Virus record (IMG/VR): IMGVR_UViG_3300032007_000015
Strand: one strand, 5' to 3'
Source: a virus
Lineage: Duplodnaviria; Caudoviricetes
DNA length: 64,000 nt
In this document: piece after piece, positions 60,696 to 64,000 of the stretch
Layout of the letters: every line of letters begins with the position of its first letter
Position numbering within the stretch: the first letter of the stretch is position 1
Translations under genes and position numbers: made by a program
Notes under the pieces: model-generated
What the model saw: only the letters and a program-made list of their open reading frames with translations
Databases searched by the model: none
Told to the model about the DNA's origin: nothing

Positions 60696-61007
60696 TTAAT
60701 CAACTAGTAATCCAAATATTATATTATCTGGTAATGAAGATGGAACTTCATTTCCAATAATTAACGACACTTTATTTTCTAATGAGTCATCTACATATTG
60801 TTTTAATCTTGTTTCAACGCCATCTATAGATAATAATGTTTTATCATACTTTGCATTTTTATTTTTTTGAGTTTTCAATACAGAATCAAGATATTCGTCA
60901 TTACCAGTAATTACATTAGAAGAATATGTTAATGGATATAAAGACATATCTTCATAACTAGTTTTTTTATGCAATTCAACATTTAATTTTTTACTCATTT
61001 CAATCAC
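60696..61007 (-). CDS. Small tail-fibre-associated protein
   Basis: Directly downstream of the fibre gene; LYPLTYSSNV motif typical of fibre N-termini. Confidence 0.55.
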   Translation of the reverse strand: MIEMSKKLNVELHKKTSYEDMSLYPLTYSSNVITGNDEYLDSVLKTQKNKNAKYDKTLLSIDGVETRLKQYVDDSLENKVSLIIGNEVPSSLPDNIIFGLLVD

Positions 61008-61012
61008 TCTCC

Positions 61013-64000
61013 TTATGATATAGAAATATTTGTTGTATCATTATCATATTCAATCATTATATATGAATAAGAATTCATTTTAAACTTTAACGAAAATGTT
61101 ACTGCTCCAGGACTTGTAGTACTTGGAACCGTATGGAATCCTGGATTCCATGTTAAGTTAGTTAATGGAGCTGTTGATAAATTCATAATACCTGGAGAAC
61201 TAGCATATGTTAAATATTCAAGAATTCCACAATAATACTCAGGAATAGTTTTACTAGTGTTACATATTCTAAATCCAGTAATTCGAAGTAATCCTCTAAG
61301 GTATCTAGTTGTATTACCAGTTACGTTAAATACAGATGTTGTTATTGATAACGTTTTATTCATAGCTGAAGAGTCATTTACATATTTAAAATAATGGATA
61401 TCATTATGTTCATGACTTGCTTTTGCAAAATCTGATTTAGATATAGCTCTCAATTCATACCCATTCCATGCTGCCATATATGTGTAGTCATTATATGCAA
61501 GTGTTGCTTTTGAATATGACGCACTTATTGTTTTACTGTTATTGGTATCTAATATACTAGTATGAGTATGATTAGTTGTACTATACTGTGAATGCGTATG
61601 ATTCGTTAATGAGTAATTACTATGGCTATGATTCGTTGGTGAATATATACTATGAGTATGTGTTGCTAACGAATAATTAGAAAATTTATTATTCAATTCA
61701 GTATATAAGTTATATGCACCCAATTGACTTAGAGCTAATTTATTACTGGCGAGTGATGTATTATATTCACTTGTAATTGACGTTGTAGTTATATACTGTG
61801 AATGACTATGGTTCGTTAATGAGTAATTACTATGTGTGTGATTTGTTGGTGAATATATACTATGTGTATGTGTTGTTAATGAATAATTAGTGAATTTATT
61901 ATTAACTGCTTGCACCACAGTATATAAATCATGAACGCCTGCTTGTGTCACAACTTTTGTAGTACTCGTTGCATCAGTTGCTTTATATTCACTCGTAAAT
62001 GATGTTGTTGTTATATACTGAGAATGTGTATGATTCGTTAATGAGTAATTACTATGGCTATGATTCGTTGGTGAATATATACTATGAGTATGTGTTATTA
62101 ATGAATAATTAGAAAATTTATTATTCAATTCAGTATATAAGTTATATGCACCCAATTGACTTAGAGCTAATTTATTACTGGCGAGTGATGTATTATATTC
62201 ACTTGTAATTGACGTTGTAGTTATATACTGTGAATGACTATGGTTCGTTAATGAGTAATTACTATGTGTGTGATTTGTTGGTGAATATATACTATGTGTA
62301 TGTGTTGTTAATGAATAATTAGTGAATTTATTATTAACTGCTTGCACCACAGTATATAAATCATGAACGCCTGCTTGTGTCACAACTTTTGTAGTACTCG
62401 TTGCATCAGTTGCTTTATATTCACTCGTAAATGATGTTGTTGTTATATACTGAGAATGTGTATGACCTGATGTTGCAAAATCATTTTTACTTGCAGATCG
62501 TAATTCATATCCATTCCATACTGTTAACCAATCATAACTATCATATGCAAGTTCAGACTTTTTATATGTTGCAGTTATAGGCTTATTATTTTCACTATCT
62601 AATATACTAGTATGAGTATGATTAGTTGTACTATACTGTGAATGCGTATGATTTGTTAATGAATAATTACTATGGCTATGATTCGTTGGTGAATATATAC
62701 TATGAGTATGTGTTGTTAACGAATAATTATTGAATTTACTATTTAACTCAGTATATAAATTATAAGCACCAACCTGTGAAAAGACCTTACTACTATTAGA
62801 ATTAATATCCTTATATTCACTACTTAAATCATCACTACTTAATATCTTTTCATAATTTAAACCGCCATCTTTTATTGTATAACCATCTTTTCCAAATACA
62901 ACAATATTATCTTCAGTTGTACCTTCTGATAATCCTTTAACCTGTGTATCATTAGTAACTTTATCTAAACCTATCTGAAATGCTGTTACATTATGAGGAT
63001 TATTTTTATTATTAGTATGCTCTGTAAATTTAACTGAATTTATTTTTCCATCTAACTGGTCTTGAATATTATTTTCAACACCTGATAATTGATTAATTTC
63101 TGTATTACTTACAGTTATTCCTAAATTTTTAAGAGCATCCGATGCATTATTAGCACCTGTACCACCTTCTGTAACTGGAATTACTGAACTATCTCCACTA
63201 ATAACATGACCATATTTATCAATAGTTACTTTTCTATAGCTACCTACCGTTGCGGTTGTTAATGGGTGAACATAATTATTAGCATTATCTTCAATATTAA
63301 TTAATTTATTATATAATTCAGCTGTTAATAATCCAGAAGTTGTTTCACTAGCATCTGGAATTGTTTGAGACTTTGGAGACTCAATTTTAATATTTCCATA
63401 TGCATCTCGACTTACAGTTGTTCCACCTGAACCATAAACTGATATATCATTTTTTACACCATCATTATTAATTAATCTTAATAAAGGTTTTGAGTTCTCA
63501 TCAACTTCAGTTTTAAATTCATATGTTGTATCGGTGAATTTAGCATTTTCAGGTACGTTAGCATTTACCTTATATTTACCATCTTTTATTGTATATCCAT
63601 CTTCTCCGAATACAACAATATTATCTTCAGTTGTACCTTCTGATAATCCTTTAACCTGTGTATCATTAGTAACATTTTCTAAACCTACTTGCTTAGCTGT
63701 TACATTATGTGGATTTTCTTTATTATTAATATGATTAACTGATTTTGTAATTGATGATTTATCTTCGTCAGAAAAATCATTACTACTTAATCCTTTACCA
63801 TCTTCTTTATCAACTTTATTTGTTATAGATTTTTCCATTAAATCTACTAATTTTTTATTATCAGTTACGGCTTCAGCAAGTTCATATATGGTATCTAAAT
63901 TTTCACTTGCAGTACCTACCAAATCACTGATTTTTGTATCTACATATTTTTTTACATTTTCATCACCAGTTCTTACTTGTGATGGCGTTAATATATCATT
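61013..64000 (-). CDS. Tail fibre with HxH repeats (5' end outside window)
   Basis: Frame is open from 64000 (NDILTPSQVRTGDENVKKYVDTKISDLVG...); KVDKEDGKGLSSNDF, NPHNVTAKQVGL, KVTIDKYGHV, PVTEGGTGA and many THTHS motifs. Confidence 0.85.
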   Translation of the reverse strand, partial: NDILTPSQVRTGDENVKKYVDTKISDLVGTASENLDTIYELAEAVTDNKKLVDLMEKSITNKVDKEDGKGLSSNDFSDEDKSSITKSVNHINNKENPHNVTAKQVGLENVTNDTQVKGLSEGTTEDNIVVFGEDGYTIKDGKYKVNANVPENAKFTDTTYEFKTEVDENSKPLLRLINNDGVKNDISVYGSGGTTVSRDAYGNIKIESPKSQTIPDASETTSGLLTAELYNKLINIEDNANNYVHPLTTATVGSYRKVTIDKYGHVISGDSSVIPVTEGGTGANNASDALKNLGITVSNTEINQLSGVENNIQDQLDGKINSVKFTEHTNNKNNPHNVTAFQIGLDKVTNDTQVKGLSEGTTEDNIVVFGKDGYTIKDGGLNYEKILSSDDLSSEYKDINSNSSKVFSQVGAYNLYTELNSKFNNYSLTTHTHSIYSPTNHSHSNYSLTNHTHSQYSTTNHTHTSILDSENNKPITATYKKSELAYDSYDWLTVWNGYELRSASKNDFATSGHTHSQYITTTSFTSEYKATDATSTTKVVTQAGVHDLYTVVQAVNNKFTNYSLTTHTHSIYSPTNHTHSNYSLTNHSHSQYITTTSITSEYNTSLASNKLALSQLGAYNLYTELNNKFSNYSLITHTHSIYSPTNHSHSNYSLTNHTHSQYITTTSFTSEYKATDATSTTKVVTQAGVHDLYTVVQAVNNKFTNYSLTTHTHSIYSPTNHTHSNYSLTNHSHSQYITTTSITSEYNTSLASNKLALSQLGAYNLYTELNNKFSNYSLATHTHSIYSPTNHSHSNYSLTNHTHSQYSTTNHTHTSILDTNNSKTISASYSKATLAYNDYTYMAAWNGYELRAISKSDFAKASHEHNDIHYFKYVNDSSAMNKTLSITTSVFNVTGNTTRYLRGLLRITGFRICNTSKTIPEYYCGILEYLTYASSPGIMNLSTAPLTNLTWNPGFHTVPSTTSPGAVTFSLKFKMNSYSYIMIEYDNDTTNISIS
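61590..62465 (-). repeat. 432-nt (144-aa) period in-frame tandem duplication in tail fibre
   Basis: AAAATTTATTATTCAATTCAG at 61681 and 62113; copies look nearly identical over about 360 nt. Confidence 0.9.

Noticed and set aside
61590-62720. 30-nt periodic repeats as a CRISPR array, or the 432-nt pair as DGR template/variable repeats
   Set aside because: They are in-frame coding repeats without unique spacers; the copies show no adenine-specific mismatch pattern and no RT or cas gene is present
1-64000. Alternative genetic code (TAG/TGA recoding)
   Set aside because: Coding density is high under code 11, and TAG/TGA stops at 47568, 50776 and 38157 sit directly at terminators

Overview
Very AT-rich segment (roughly a quarter G+C by eye) of a jumbo myovirus genome, most likely infecting a Firmicute (strong Shine-Dalgarno sites, SleB-type hydrolase, LL-H-type holin, clostridial-type fibre motifs). 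It is mainly a virion module: tail sheath and tube, a 3282-aa tape measure protein with three C-terminal peptidoglycan-hydrolase domains, baseplate proteins, two fibre genes and an array of related probable head/ejection proteins. It also encodes RusA, an SbcD/Mre11 nuclease, a 5'-3' exonuclease-like protein, a HAD phosphatase, a PARG-like macrodomain and tRNA-Gln(UUG). Two intergenic promoter motifs can be read directly: AACA-N6-TA (15 exact copies upstream of structural/late units) and TATAwwAT-N5-TG (upstream of small accessory units). These match the AR9/PBS1- and phiKZ-type phages that use their own multisubunit RNA polymerases. About 24 long inverted repeats separate the units. Best leads: (1) a preQ1-I-riboswitch-shaped pseudoknot whose ligand-reading C appears to be U, coupled to the RBS of a 61-aa orphan gene; (2) modular head polyproteins whose shuffled domains are joined by acidic linkers with hydrophobic-x-E|S/A/G sites; (3) an ORF-less structured transcript carrying an anti-SD/anti-AUG sequence; (4) a two-enzyme gene split by one extra T in a T8 tract. 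All assignments are by-eye motif recognition; no searches or folding programs were run.
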